A DNA stretch of 64,000 nt from Obrimoposthia wandeli (GCA_977020255.1 CDROCS010000506.1:310001-374000), one strand, 5' to 3'; numbered from the stretch's first letter, positions 22,075 through 32,581 are shown. Notes: generated by a model not told the origin, from the letters alone. Made by a program: numbers and translations.

Positions 22075-23556
22075 TTAGTTAATCACTTCTTCACTCGAAA
22101 AACGCCATTCACGGCCATCTTTCTCAAGCATTTCGTCTGCTTTGTTCGGGCCCCAGCTACCACACTTATAACCAAATAAAGATTTTGCTTCTTTTTTATA
22201 GTCTAAGATTGGTTGCACGAATTCCCAACATGCTTTAACTGCATCAGAACGGGCAAATAACGTTGCGTCGCCTTTCATACAATCAAGTAATAAACGCTCA
22301 TAAGCTGTTAATAGGTTATTTTCTTCTAAGCTATTATAGTCAAAACTCATTGATACTTGTTGAGCAGTAAAGCCTGCACCAGGTTTTTTCAAACCAAAGT
22401 CCATTTGAATTGATTCGTTTGGTTGAATACGCAAGATCAATTTATTTTCTGGCGCGTTCTGACCAAAGATTGGATGTGGTGTCTTCTTAAAGTGAACCAC
22501 GATCTCAGTCAAACGTTCTGGCATACGTTTACCCGTACGTACATAGAAAGGTACGCCGTTCCAACGCCAGTTATCGATCATCATCTTCATACCAACATAA
22601 GTTGGAGTACGAGAATCTTCATCAACGTCTTTTTCACTACGGTAACCCGGCATTTCTTCGCCATTAACAACACTTTTCGTGTACTGGCCTAATACTAGGT
22701 TATCGCGTAAGTCTTGTTCTTCAAGCGGGCGTAAGCTCTGGATCACTTTAACCACTTCATTACGCATTGCATCTGCGTTAATAACTGCAGGTGGCTCCAT
22801 AGCAACTAATGCTAATACTTGTAATAAGTGATTTTGTAACATGTCACGTACTGCGCCAGAATGGTCGTAATAACCACCACGCTGTTCCACGCCTAAGCTT
22901 TCAGCGGCAGTAATTTCAACATAATCGACAAAACTACGATTCCACAGCGGTTCGAATAAACCGTTAGAGAAGCGATATACTAATAAATTCTGTACTGTTT
23001 CTTTACCGAGGTAATGGTCAATACGGTAAACCTGACGTTCACGGAAACAAGTATGTAGATGTTCATCAAGTGCATTTGCAGACGCAAGGTCATAACCAAA
23101 TGGTTTCTCAACGATTAAACGTTTCCAACCATTACGATCTTTATTTAATTTATGTTTAGCTAAGTTCGCAGAAATTGCTGCGTATAAGCTTGGTGGTGTC
23201 GCCATATAGTAAATAGCATTACCAACCGTGTTATGTATCTCTGATAACGTTTCTAAACGATCTTTAAAAGCAACGTAGCTATCTGCATCTGTCATATCCA
23301 TTGAGATATAGTACAAATGCTTGCTAAACGCTTCAGCTTGTTGCTGAGTAATACCTTCACTTAGGATTAAATCATTAGTTACTTTTTCACGGAATGAATC
23401 GTCCGTGAATGCAGTTTTACTCGCACCCAAAATAGAAAAATCTTCAGGTAACAGTTCATTGACATAAAGGTGAAAAAGCGCGGGAAGTAACTTTCGTTTA
23501 GTTAAATCACCCGAAGCACCAAAAATGACAATACTGTTATTCTCAGGTTTTACCAT
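22075..23556 (-). CDS. zwf: glucose-6-phosphate 1-dehydrogenase
   Basis: [30 protein letters not shown]. Start reassigned to ATG 23556 (MVKPENN). Confidence 0.97.
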   Translation of the reverse strand: MVKPENNSIVIFGASGDLTKRKLLPALFHLYVNELLPEDFSILGASKTAFTDDSFREKVTNDLILSEGITQQQAEAFSKHLYYISMDMTDADSYVAFKDRLETLSEIHNTVGNAIYYMATPPSLYAAISANLAKHKLNKDRNGWKRLIVEKPFGYDLASANALDEHLHTCFRERQVYRIDHYLGKETVQNLLVYRFSNGLFEPLWNRSFVDYVEITAAESLGVEQRGGYYDHSGAVRDMLQNHLLQVLALVAMEPPAVINADAMRNEVVKVIQSLRPLEEQDLRDNLVLGQYTKSVVNGEEMPGYRSEKDVDEDSRTPTYVGMKMMIDNWRWNGVPFYVRTGKRMPERLTEIVVHFKKTPHPIFGQNAPENKLILRIQPNESIQMDFGLKKPGAGFTAQQVSMSFDYNSLEENNLLTAYERLLLDCMKGDATLFARSDAVKACWEFVQPILDYKKEAKSLFGYKCGSWGPNKADEMLEKDGREWRFSSEEVIN

Positions 23557-23852
23557 GGTTTTATTTCCTAAAGATTTGATCGAAAAGATTAGAACATTTA
23601 GCGCTAGTCGGTTCATGTTATGGATAGATAACGGACTAGGCGCGGCATTATCACTCAAAATGACTGAAAATTAAAATGGTTTCAGCAATATGTTCAGCAA
23701 ATACCCACAAATAGGCACCCAACTAAAAATTTATTTCTAATTAAACGGACTTACACTTTCGAATGAAAGATAATAACGAAAGTTCTGAAAGTGAGAAGCG
23801 TTAATTTGATGTTAACAGGTGTATAAATAATCAGCGTAAATTAAGTGCTGAT

Positions 23853-24356
23853 TCACTCTAAACAATCACCCGTTAATTTAATCTCAACATTAACGATAGA
23901 CTCGTTATTATAATCAGCAATGTAAGATAATGCGCAATCTGTCGATTCAAGCCGATTCATTCTAACCCAGCTCTGTTTAGGGCTTACATTTTTACAGGTA
24001 TACATACCATCACTTGAAGTAATTATATCGCCTTCAATTAAGGGACCAGAGGTTAACCCCAATATATGACAAATTTCAGTCGGATGTAACAGTTGGCCAG
24101 ATACAAGATAGGATTGTCTGACATCATATTGAACATAGGTTTGGCCGTTAATAGTCTGTTTACGTGATTCGATATTTGATGCTGTTTTTAAGGTATCTAC
24201 GGCATTAATTAATTTACCACGCAGATCAGTCAGCACGGCTACTTTCGCTTCACGGTGCGTTTTGGTGTATTCGGGGATAGCAAACATGGCGAGAACTGAA
24301 AGAACCGCAATAACAAATGTTAATTCCAGTAATGAAAAGCCCATTTTTTGATTCAT
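23853..24356 (-). CDS. type IV prepilin-like protein (MSHA-pilin-like)
   Basis: MNQKMG|FSLLELTFVIAVLSVLAMFAIP prepilin peptidase site (G/F..E5). Start reassigned to ATG 24356. Confidence 0.85.
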   Translation of the reverse strand: MNQKMGFSLLELTFVIAVLSVLAMFAIPEYTKTHREAKVAVLTDLRGKLINAVDTLKTASNIESRKQTINGQTYVQYDVRQSYLVSGQLLHPTEICHILGLTSGPLIEGDIITSSDGMYTCKNVSPKQSWVRMNRLESTDCALSYIADYNNESIVNVEIKLTGDCLE

Positions 24357-24534
24357 TAAAATCCAATACCTTAAACTTGTGCAGTAAACTCGAGTGGATA
24401 CTAACATACTCACTGTATATACAAGACTAATAATATTATCATTTTAATGTATATATGGCGCTGATTTGATACAGTAAAACAAAGTCAGATGGTTTAATCT
24501 CTATATCTTAAATGTTTCATGTTGGAGTCTATTA

Positions 24535-25194
24535 ATGCGCCCTACTCGCCCTGCTATTTTTTATTCGTTTCGACGTTGCCCATATGCAATGAGAGCACGA
24601 CTCGCGGTTTGTTACAGCCAAGTGGAAGTTGAATTAAGAGAAGTGGTATTAAAAGATAAACCAATGAGCTTGTTAGCTTACTCCCCTAAAGGCACAGTGC
24701 CGGTTTTAGTCACCCAAGATAAACAAATCATTGATGAAAGTCGCGATATTATGCAGTGGGCGCTTGCGCAGAATGACAGTAAAGATTGGCTACGCCAAAA
24801 TCAGCCCAATTTACAAAAGCAAATCAGTTCACTGATCGACGAGAATGATAACGAATTCAAAGCTATTTTAGATAAATATAAATACGCCGACCGTCATCCT
24901 GAGTTTACTGAAGCGCAATATCGCGAGCAAGGTAGCCACTTTCTAAATCAGCTGGAACTGTTATTAAGATTACATCACAACCTTATTAGTGATGATGTGA
25001 GTCTCGCTGACATTGCTATATTTCCCTTTATTCGTCAATTTGCCAGTGTCGATAAGGTTTGGTTCGAGCAATCCCCTTACCCTAAGTTACGTGCTTGGTT
25101 AAATCAGCATACAAGTTCAAGATTATTCACTGATATTATGTATAAATACCCGCAATGGTCTGCTGGCGACAAAGCGGTTTATTTTGCAAATTGA
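24535..25194 (+). CDS. glutathione S-transferase family protein
   Basis: YSFRRCPYAMRAR, PKGTVPVL, IDESRDIM, SLADIAIFPFIRQFA. Confidence 0.93.
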   Translation: MRPTRPAIFYSFRRCPYAMRARLAVCYSQVEVELREVVLKDKPMSLLAYSPKGTVPVLVTQDKQIIDESRDIMQWALAQNDSKDWLRQNQPNLQKQISSLIDENDNEFKAILDKYKYADRHPEFTEAQYREQGSHFLNQLELLLRLHHNLISDDVSLADIAIFPFIRQFASVDKVWFEQSPYPKLRAWLNQHTSSRLFTDIMYKYPQWSAGDKAVYFAN

Positions 25195-25212
25195 TTACCC
25201 AGTAAAAACTAA

Positions 25213-25241
25213 AAAGCCAGCACTACATCTGTAGACTGGCT
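25213..25241. terminator. hairpin between convergent gst and udp
   Basis: aagccag...ctggctt inverted repeat. Confidence 0.6.
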
Positions 25242-25307
25242 TAGTATTTAATATCAGTATTGTTTATGACGTATTATCACTTCGATAAAATACGTGTCAT
25301 ACCGACT

Positions 25308-26075
25308 TTAAGCAATTAACATACGACGAGCTGCATCAACAACAACTTTAATCGATCTTGTTTCAACAAGTTTCATTGCTGCTGCATCAGGGATTTCTTT
25401 TTGTGTACGGTTAATAATAACACCAGCAACACAACCCGCTTTAAGACCTTGGCTTGCACACATAGTAAAGAGTGTTGCAGATTCCATTTCAAAGTTAAGC
25501 ACGCCCATGTCTTGCCATTCTTGCATAGAACCTTGGAAACGACGTGTAACACGACCCGAGAATGTATCGTAACGTTCTTGACCTGGGTAGAAAGTATCAC
25601 TTGATGCAGTAACACCCATATGTACCTTGATACCTTCAGCATCAACAGCTGCTTTCATTTCTGTCGCGACAGCAAAATCTGCTACTGCAGGGTATTCCAT
25701 CGGCGCAAAATGAGAGCTTGCACCATCAAGACGTACCGACGCTGTTGTCACAATCATATCACCAACATTAATGTGTTCTTGAATTGCACCCGTTGTGCCA
25801 ACTCTTAAGAATGTATTAACGCCAAGTTGCGCAAGTTCTTCAACAGCAATCGAAGTCGATGGACCGCCAATACCAGTTGAACACACAACCACTTTCTTAC
25901 CTGCTAAATCGGCTAAATAAACCGTGTATTCTCGATGACTTGCTAAAAATTTTGGGTTTTCCATTTGCTGTGCGATCTTTTCGACACGCGCTGGATCACC
26001 TGGAATGATAGCCAATTCGGCACCTTGTAAGTCTGATTTATTGATACCAAGGTGAAAAACGTTTGCAGTAGTCAT
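25308..26075 (-). CDS. udp: uridine phosphorylase
   Basis: [42 protein letters not shown]. Start reassigned to ATG 26075. Confidence 0.96.
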   Translation of the reverse strand: MTTANVFHLGINKSDLQGAELAIIPGDPARVEKIAQQMENPKFLASHREYTVYLADLAGKKVVVCSTGIGGPSTSIAVEELAQLGVNTFLRVGTTGAIQEHINVGDMIVTTASVRLDGASSHFAPMEYPAVADFAVATEMKAAVDAEGIKVHMGVTASSDTFYPGQERYDTFSGRVTRRFQGSMQEWQDMGVLNFEMESATLFTMCASQGLKAGCVAGVIINRTQKEIPDAAAMKLVETRSIKVVVDAARRMLIA

Positions 26076-26178
26076 AGCATATTCCTTAAAACCGGAGAGA
26101 ACCGTCATTATAAATTTCAGTATTAAAAATGGCGGTAAATATTAAAAAACAATGATAAAGCAGCAGGCTTGCCTATAA

Positions 26179-26194
26179 AGTGATAATAATCACA
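26179..26194. promoter_or_regulatory. CRP-binding site upstream of udp
   Basis: AGTGA-taataa-TCACA matches 9/10 of TGTGA-N6-TCACA. udp is CRP-regulated in enterobacteria. Confidence 0.7.
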
Positions 26195-26288
26195 TGTTTC
26201 ATATATAAGCTTGTTATATTTCATATTTAATCATACCTATCAACACTAAGCATCAATAATGGCCTCAACAATGGCTCAACAAAGAGAC

Positions 26289-27536
26289 TTAAAACGCTTC
26301 ATTCACATTAAAGTAGAATCCTGAATCACCATTACCAAACCCCATGTCTAAGCGTAGATTAACTTTGGGCTTCACTTCAAATCGATAACCCACGCCCGCT
26401 GTTGGTAATAGTTCATCTACTGATAACTTATCAATGTTATCAGCAAGTCCACCAGCACCGCCCCAAAATACCATGCCATGACGGCCTGGTAGGTTTAAAC
26501 GGTATTCAACTTGTGCCAATAACATTTGCTCATCGCGATAACGTCCCGAGTTATAACCACGTAACAACCCGCCACCGCCTAACGCCGAAAGTTGATCCCA
26601 AGGCACATCCCCCTGAGTAAAGCGGCCATGAACTTGCCAGGCTAATACATCCCCGCTCTCACCAATACTCAGATACTCGCTGTATAATAACGATTGAACG
26701 TTAAAATCAGTTTGACTACCAAACTCTTGGCGGTACCACTTTGAATCCAATTCGACAAGACGCCCAGATCGAGGACTTAGCACACTGTCACGACTATCGT
26801 AATTGATCAATAAGCTAGCCCCAACACTACGGCTGCTTTCCACCAACATGCTGCTATCGACTAGCGACTCCCCGCGATCAATATCATCGGCTGAACTATA
26901 GTTAAAATCCATGCCAATACCAATAAAGCTTTGCGCAGAAATACGTTTGCGTAACGAAGGTGCCAGCGATAATTGCTGATTATCAAATGTGACTTTATTG
27001 TCATCTTGTCTATTTTCATCATAACCGCGGCCATAATATACTTCAGGTGCATCAGCGATAACGGCATCAACATAAAACCGTAACGTGTCTTGCTGTAAAA
27101 AAGTTTTGTTTGCGACAGCAATCCCCAGCGCACCGTTAGCAGAAGCAAAGCCATTAATAATTAATGTCGATAACTGGCTCACTTGATCCTCTTTATCTAC
27201 CTGATAGAGGCCAATTGCCGAAACACCAACACCAAATGACATTTCAGGGTTATAAAAAGGCCCGGGTAATACGCTAAAATCAATCACCTTATCTTGGTTA
27301 TATTCGCCGTCCGCGCCAAGGTCCTCCAGCAGCCCATCAATCCAGCCACCTTGTTCAACGTTAGCGCTTTCATCTGTTTGAGAACCAGTATCCGCAAAAG
27401 CACTTTGGCCCATCATCAACAGCAATGAACTAGAGAGCAATAGATGTGACCCTAGCTTGGGTTTATACAGCTTATTTTTATGTAGCTTGGTTTTATATAG
27501 TCTGGTTTTATATAGCTTAGCTCGATGCTGCAGCAT
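26289..27536 (-). CDS. Omp85/BamA-TamA family beta-barrel without POTRA domains
   Basis: LGGGGLLRGYNSGRYRD (Omp85 loop-6 RGY motif), AGVGYRF, C-terminal NVNEAF. The barrel starts almost directly after the signal region. Confidence 0.85.
   Translation of the reverse strand: MLQHRAKLYKTRLYKTKLHKNKLYKPKLGSHLLLSSSLLLMMGQSAFADTGSQTDESANVEQGGWIDGLLEDLGADGEYNQDKVIDFSVLPGPFYNPEMSFGVGVSAIGLYQVDKEDQVSQLSTLIINGFASANGALGIAVANKTFLQQDTLRFYVDAVIADAPEVYYGRGYDENRQDDNKVTFDNQQLSLAPSLRKRISAQSFIGIGMDFNYSSADDIDRGESLVDSSMLVESSRSVGASLLINYDSRDSVLSPRSGRLVELDSKWYRQEFGSQTDFNVQSLLYSEYLSIGESGDVLAWQVHGRFTQGDVPWDQLSALGGGGLLRGYNSGRYRDEQMLLAQVEYRLNLPGRHGMVFWGGAGGLADNIDKLSVDELLPTAGVGYRFEVKPKVNLRLDMGFGNGDSGFYFNVNEAF
27453..27518. 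repeat. 15-bp degenerate tandem repeat encoding (KLYKT)-like units
   Basis: About 4.4 copies, translating as KLYKTRLYKTKLHKNKLYKPKL in the N-terminus of the Omp85 gene. Confidence 0.85.
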
Positions 27537-28795
27537 TATTTATCACCCTCACGCTTGGCTTTTAACTGCTTGTCATCTTCAATCTTGTTATAAGCTGACA
27601 AAGCTAAAAACTGCTCACTAGTAAAACCATTCGCCCACAGTTCCGCAGGGATATGACTAAAATTAGCTTTAAATTTATCATCAATAAATAACCACAGCTT
27701 AGCGACCTCATCTATATCCACACCATGACTGTAACGTGATAACGATAGCTGTTTAGCAGAGGGCTCACCTTCATAGAGCGGCGCAAGCAAAGGCCAATGC
27801 GCATGCGCTTGAGCAGTTTGTTTATCCACTAAATACGGCGACTGAACATCCCCCATGGCATAGTGACGTTTTAACAACATGAATTTATTGGGTAATGGTT
27901 CATTTGAATCCCACCAATCGCCGTCAATCACATCAAACAGCGCATTCGTTTGCTCGGCTGTTACAGGCTCAAGTTGATTAATTGCTGCGGTTAACCAGCC
28001 GTTCATGTGCTGATTAAACAAGGTTTTGTTCATCGCTAGGTTATTACTGATTAATGCCACTGCGATCTTAGCGCCCAGCATATTTGAATAGATATCTTCA
28101 GGTGAATAAGCGGATACCTCTTCAGACCAAAGCGCCCAACTACGATAGCCGTGCCATTGTGCTATTTCATGTGATTCCGCCATTAAGTAACCTAATCTTG
28201 CGGCGATATCAGCCGCTAAATTCCAGCGCTGTAATGGATCAAGACTCTCTATATCAAAGGCTTTTAATTGGATGTAACGGGGGCCTATTTCAGGTGGTAA
28301 CTCAATTTTGGCTTCTTTACCTAATTGCTTATAAATTTTGTAAAACAAAATAATCGTGTTATCAGCGGTATCGCGTACATGGGCTAAATCAATGAACCCA
28401 CCAAGTCGCGTATAGATTTGGCCATTGTTTTCGCCGCTGCTACTACCGCCTGGTGATGCTTTTACATAACTAAATGAGCCAGCGTCAAAGGCATGAGCAC
28501 CAATATCATCCGCATCAAGTGTATTAGCGTAACGAAAGAACGGCACTTGTACTGTGCCTACTTTGACTTTTTGTGCGTTACCAAATGCGCAGCAAGGTCT
28601 TACATCTCCGGGCATATCTAGGCTTGAATAACCATTTAGTTCAGTGCTTGCAAGTACACTCTTATCAGGCTGTGCCGTTAATGCTTCTGCGACGGCAGCA
28701 TCTGTAGGTAATGCACGAACTTGCCAATCTTGGCTGCAAGCGCTTAACAACATAGCGCCAAATGCAAAAATAGATACTTTAACTAATGACATCAT
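27536..28795 (-). CDS. DUF4056-like lipoprotein of unknown function
   Basis: Lipobox LLSAC. RPCCAFG, GGFIDLAHVRDTAD and SAYSPEDIYSN motifs that I recall as DUF4056; not checked by HMM. Confidence 0.7.
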   Translation of the reverse strand: MMSLVKVSIFAFGAMLLSACSQDWQVRALPTDAAVAEALTAQPDKSVLASTELNGYSSLDMPGDVRPCCAFGNAQKVKVGTVQVPFFRYANTLDADDIGAHAFDAGSFSYVKASPGGSSSGENNGQIYTRLGGFIDLAHVRDTADNTIILFYKIYKQLGKEAKIELPPEIGPRYIQLKAFDIESLDPLQRWNLAADIAARLGYLMAESHEIAQWHGYRSWALWSEEVSAYSPEDIYSNMLGAKIAVALISNNLAMNKTLFNQHMNGWLTAAINQLEPVTAEQTNALFDVIDGDWWDSNEPLPNKFMLLKRHYAMGDVQSPYLVDKQTAQAHAHWPLLAPLYEGEPSAKQLSLSRYSHGVDIDEVAKLWLFIDDKFKANFSHIPAELWANGFTSEQFLALSAYNKIEDDKQLKAKREGDK

Positions 28796-28796
28796 A

Positions 28797-29801
28797 TTAG
28801 AAACGGTACCCTAGGCTAACCATCATACTACGGCGAGTACCCACCCCAGCTTCCATAAGCAGATCGACATTGTTGGTGATTTGCGCTTGCCCACCGATTA
28901 AGGTGTTCCATTTATCTTCAAGATGCTGCTCGACTTTGAACTTGCCATTACCAAGGGCTGGTAGATATCCGCTGGAAATACCGATGTCCTTTAGATTGCC
29001 CTCAAATGTTTGTTCCACATTCTGATACATAGCACCAGTCCATAACTGCATATCATGGCCTTTGAACTTCCAGCGGTAACCTACACGTGGCGATACGACA
29101 ATAGAACTTATTTCACCATCGAGAATATCTAATGCGGTGTTAGTGTAGTTAACATCAAGTAGCGCAAACCAGTTATCAATACCACCAACAATAGTGGTGC
29201 CAGCACCGTAGGTAATGCCTTTAAAGTTCAATTCAAAATCATGCGTACCTAAGTCAATCGGAGGTATATTAGGTAAACGAGGGAACTCAAAAGTCGGGTT
29301 AACCACAGCTGTACTACTGCCCTGTGTGTAACCGAGAATACCGTATACATTTAAAAACGGTAATACCCAAACATCACCACGGAGGGTTAAAGTTTCAGAT
29401 TCTTGCTGTGCCGTTGATGAGCCGACTTTAACGCGATCATCAACGGGACCTAAGCCACTAAATCCAACAGAGTCGACAACTAAAGGCTGTTCCATTTTCA
29501 TATAGGTCATGCTAAAACCGTATGGCTTAGGTAGTTCATACCCTAAATCGATAGCCTCTTGCGCCCAAATCGGAAAATTACGCTCATACCTATCGTATTC
29601 TTTAACACTGAGTAATTCGCTTTCATCAGCAGTTAACACTGTCGATGCGACCTGCGTCTGCTCAATACCGACAATATGTTTCACGTTATTGTTGTTCGAT
29701 CCTAAATCTGTAGAGGTAAATTGATGATCATTGGCGGATACAGAAAATGAGCTGCTAATAAGTGCCGTCATTGCCACTGTGAAATTTGTGTTGTTCATCA
29801 T
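28797..29801 (-). CDS. hypothetical outer-membrane beta-barrel protein
   Basis: Signal peptide, alternating beta-strand pattern, C-terminal SLGYRF. Start reassigned to ATG 29801 (RBS GAGG). Confidence 0.8.
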   Translation of the reverse strand: MMNNTNFTVAMTALISSSFSVSANDHQFTSTDLGSNNNNVKHIVGIEQTQVASTVLTADESELLSVKEYDRYERNFPIWAQEAIDLGYELPKPYGFSMTYMKMEQPLVVDSVGFSGLGPVDDRVKVGSSTAQQESETLTLRGDVWVLPFLNVYGILGYTQGSSTAVVNPTFEFPRLPNIPPIDLGTHDFELNFKGITYGAGTTIVGGIDNWFALLDVNYTNTALDILDGEISSIVVSPRVGYRWKFKGHDMQLWTGAMYQNVEQTFEGNLKDIGISSGYLPALGNGKFKVEQHLEDKWNTLIGGQAQITNNVDLLMEAGVGTRRSMMVSLGYRF

Positions 29802-30141
29802 ACTACCTCTAAAGACTAATAAGTCGCGGAGTCTAACAAACACATTTCATAACACAATTCATCGGACATTCAATTACAATAACTTACAGTAAATGACAAT
29901 AATGAATCATTAATATAATTATGATGGGAAGGGTGAAATATATGCGTTTCAATGATGTACGGATACTGATTCAATAATGCACTACCCATAAGGCGACAAG
30001 CTGTCGAATAATGATTTAGTTATTATACAAAATACCTTAAAGACGTCGTGACGAATGATGACGTAAAACTTACTTGCCCCATCCTGCTAAGCTTGTTATA
30101 ACCGTAACAGTTGTTTTCCTATATTCTGGTATTCCTTACCT

Positions 30142-31170
30142 ATGCTAAAAATCGCCACTTTTAATTTGTTCAATTACATCGAACCTCCTTATGCTTGTTA
30201 TGACTTTGACCGTATCTATGATGAGCAACAATGGCAGAAAAAGCAGAAATGGATACGTGATTACCTTAGCGAACATCAGCCAGACGTTATCGGCTTTCAA
30301 GAAGTGTTTAGCCCTGATTCATTAAAAGCATTAGTGTCAGAATGTGATTATCCGTATTTCGCCGTTATCGATAGTGCCGATGTCATTGAAGACTATATCT
30401 TTCGCAGTCCAGTCGTCGCGCTTGCATCACGTTACCCAATCACAGATATCTCTGCTGTTATACCAGATAGCCAACTTGCAGTAGATATGGGATTGTCACC
30501 TGAATATCAATTTAGTCGTAAACCACTACGCGCCAGTATTGAATTGCCACACTTAGGTACAACAGATTGTTATGTCGTACATTTCAAATCTAAACGACCA
30601 ATGTTAGAAAGTGACGATAACGAACTCGCAACGACCAAAGCCGTTCTTGATGCTTTCACCAAGCAGATGTGTGGCACTTGGGGGTCGTCGATGCAACGCG
30701 GTTCAGAGGCGGCATTATTATTCCAACAAATGATCCAACGTCGACTCGCGACAAACAATCCAATGATGTTAATGGGTGATTTTAATGACCGACTAGATAA
30801 CGATCGCGACGGTGTTCTGTCCCACCTAACCATGAACACGTTACGCTTTAATTCAGACCCGCAAGCACAAGACATTGTTAAACAGTTTAGCCTACAAGAT
30901 AGCTGGCACTTATATCAGCATGCAGCAAATGGAGTGGTGGCAAGCAGTACACCCACACCTCGCCCACCGACACATTACTTTTTCAATAAAGGTTCGGTAT
31001 TAGATTACATTTTACTGTCGTGTGAGTTCAATGCAGAGTATCAGCGTAGCCTTTATGAAGTCAGTGACTATCATACCTATGACCGTCATCTGATTAATCC
31101 TATCTATGCACGTGATAGCGAAAGTACTGACCATGCAGTAGTACAAATCAATTTACAGCTCAGAACCTAA
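30142..31170 (+). CDS. endonuclease/exonuclease/phosphatase family protein
   Basis: IATFNLFN, DVIGFQEV, VVHFKSK, LMGDFND, LDYILLS, STDHAVV. Confidence 0.93.
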   Translation: MLKIATFNLFNYIEPPYACYDFDRIYDEQQWQKKQKWIRDYLSEHQPDVIGFQEVFSPDSLKALVSECDYPYFAVIDSADVIEDYIFRSPVVALASRYPITDISAVIPDSQLAVDMGLSPEYQFSRKPLRASIELPHLGTTDCYVVHFKSKRPMLESDDNELATTKAVLDAFTKQMCGTWGSSMQRGSEAALLFQQMIQRRLATNNPMMLMGDFNDRLDNDRDGVLSHLTMNTLRFNSDPQAQDIVKQFSLQDSWHLYQHAANGVVASSTPTPRPPTHYFFNKGSVLDYILLSCEFNAEYQRSLYEVSDYHTYDRHLINPIYARDSESTDHAVVQINLQLRT

Positions 31171-31297
31171 ACCTTAGGTTAAGCTTTAACACGATAAATT
31201 TAATATAAAGTGATGAAATAAAACAATGATTCATCGTCGATTAATAATATTGCAAATGACGATATAAATTATTGTGTAATTAAATTACAGTTTCTGC

Positions 31298-31325
31298 TTG
31301 CGTTAACCTAATTCTATTTTATAAT
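31298..31325 (+). promoter_or_regulatory. sigma70 promoter of the riboswitch leader
   Basis: TTGCGT (31298-31303), 16-nt spacer, TATAAT (31320-31325). The implied start site falls just before the aptamer. Confidence 0.65.
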
Positions 31326-31336
31326 GCCCGCATCTA

Positions 31337-31486
31337 TTCGAGGGAGTAGTCGCTTCACGCACGTGAAGGAGTACATCAACATAACTGACCCACAGGTCGT
31401 GGTGTATTCAACCTAGTTCGAAGTTAATACTTTAAAACTAATAGTTTAAAGCTAATAATCCGAGACTAAGTTTGATGAGACTTGAA
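31337..31486 (+). ncRNA. yybP-ykoY (Mn2+-sensing) riboswitch
   Basis: P1 ttcgag/cttgaa, GGGAGUAG, P2 cttcac/gtgaag, gagtaca-TCAACATAA-...gacc/ggtc-GTGG-tgtattc and GATGAGAC reproduce the architecture of the enterobacterial mntP/alx leader. Upstream of a cation exchanger. Confidence 0.88.
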
Positions 31487-31556
31487 CAAGTAACCACCTA
31501 CTTTCGAGGGCAGGGTGTCGCTTGTTTATGTCTAAATGCCCTCGTACGAGAATCCT

Positions 31557-32579
31557 ATGTCTTTATTATTACCTATCATCGCTGTATTAGTTGGTTTTAT
31601 CCTACTTACAGTCAGTGCCGACCGCCTTATCTTAGTATCATCAACACTCGCTAAACAGTTTGGTGTGTCAGTCATGTTTATTGGTATGACCGTCATTGCA
31701 TTTGGTACATCATTTCCAGAATTAGTCGTTAGTGCGATTGCCTCATTTAATGGCGCAGAAGGCCTTGCCGTCGGTAATGCAATAGGCTCTAACATTATCA
31801 ACTGTGGTTTAGTATTAGCGCTTTGCGCCTTGTTTATGCCACTGGTTATTCAAGTACGTTTTATTAAACGTGAATTACCTATTTTAGTTGTTGCACTCAT
31901 TGCGACTATCGCATTAATGTCGAATGGTTCTATTACCAAGTGGGATAGTCTAATACTTATCCTCTTATTGGCACTTTACTGTGTATACCTTGCTAAATCA
32001 TCGTCAGAAGATGATGTTGAAAACGAATTAGAATTTTTAGATGTAAGCCAAACACGTGCACTAGTTGAAACTATCGCAATGCTGTTAGTACTATTAGTCA
32101 GCTCACAAATCATGGTTTGGGGTAGTGTTCAGCTTGCTAAAGCAATGGGCGTAAGTGACTTATTGATTGGTCTAACGATTGTGGCATTTGGTACTAGCTT
32201 ACCTGAACTAGCAGCTGCGATTGCTGGTGTTCGCCGTGGCATGCCTGAAATTGCATTTGCGACTGTGATCGGTTCAAACACCTTTAACTTATTAGGTGTA
32301 TTGGCGTTCCCAGGTTTGATTGGTGATGGTCTACAATTACCTGCAGAAGTATTAACACGTGATATTCCGATGCTTTCAATCATGACTGCATTTATGGTTA
32401 TCTCGTTCACCATGACTTATTTTGCAGTGAACAAACGCCGTTCTAATTTAAAGCCTGAACAACAAACAGATGCGTTAATCGCTGCTGACAGTAAACTAAA
32501 CTACCGTTTCGGTCGCCTTTCTGGTGCGATACTGTTGATTATGTTTGTTGGTTATACTTGGGTGCTGTTTACTTCTTAA
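31557..32579 (+). CDS. calcium/sodium (CaCA, YrbG-like) cation antiporter
   Basis: Two alpha repeats, GTSFPELVVS...GNAIGSNI and GTSLPELAA...IGSNTFN. The start could be 31536 or 31557. Confidence 0.93.
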   Translation: MSLLLPIIAVLVGFILLTVSADRLILVSSTLAKQFGVSVMFIGMTVIAFGTSFPELVVSAIASFNGAEGLAVGNAIGSNIINCGLVLALCALFMPLVIQVRFIKRELPILVVALIATIALMSNGSITKWDSLILILLLALYCVYLAKSSSEDDVENELEFLDVSQTRALVETIAMLLVLLVSSQIMVWGSVQLAKAMGVSDLLIGLTIVAFGTSLPELAAAIAGVRRGMPEIAFATVIGSNTFNLLGVLAFPGLIGDGLQLPAEVLTRDIPMLSIMTAFMVISFTMTYFAVNKRRSNLKPEQQTDALIAADSKLNYRFGRLSGAILLIMFVGYTWVLFTS

Positions 32580-32581
32580 GC

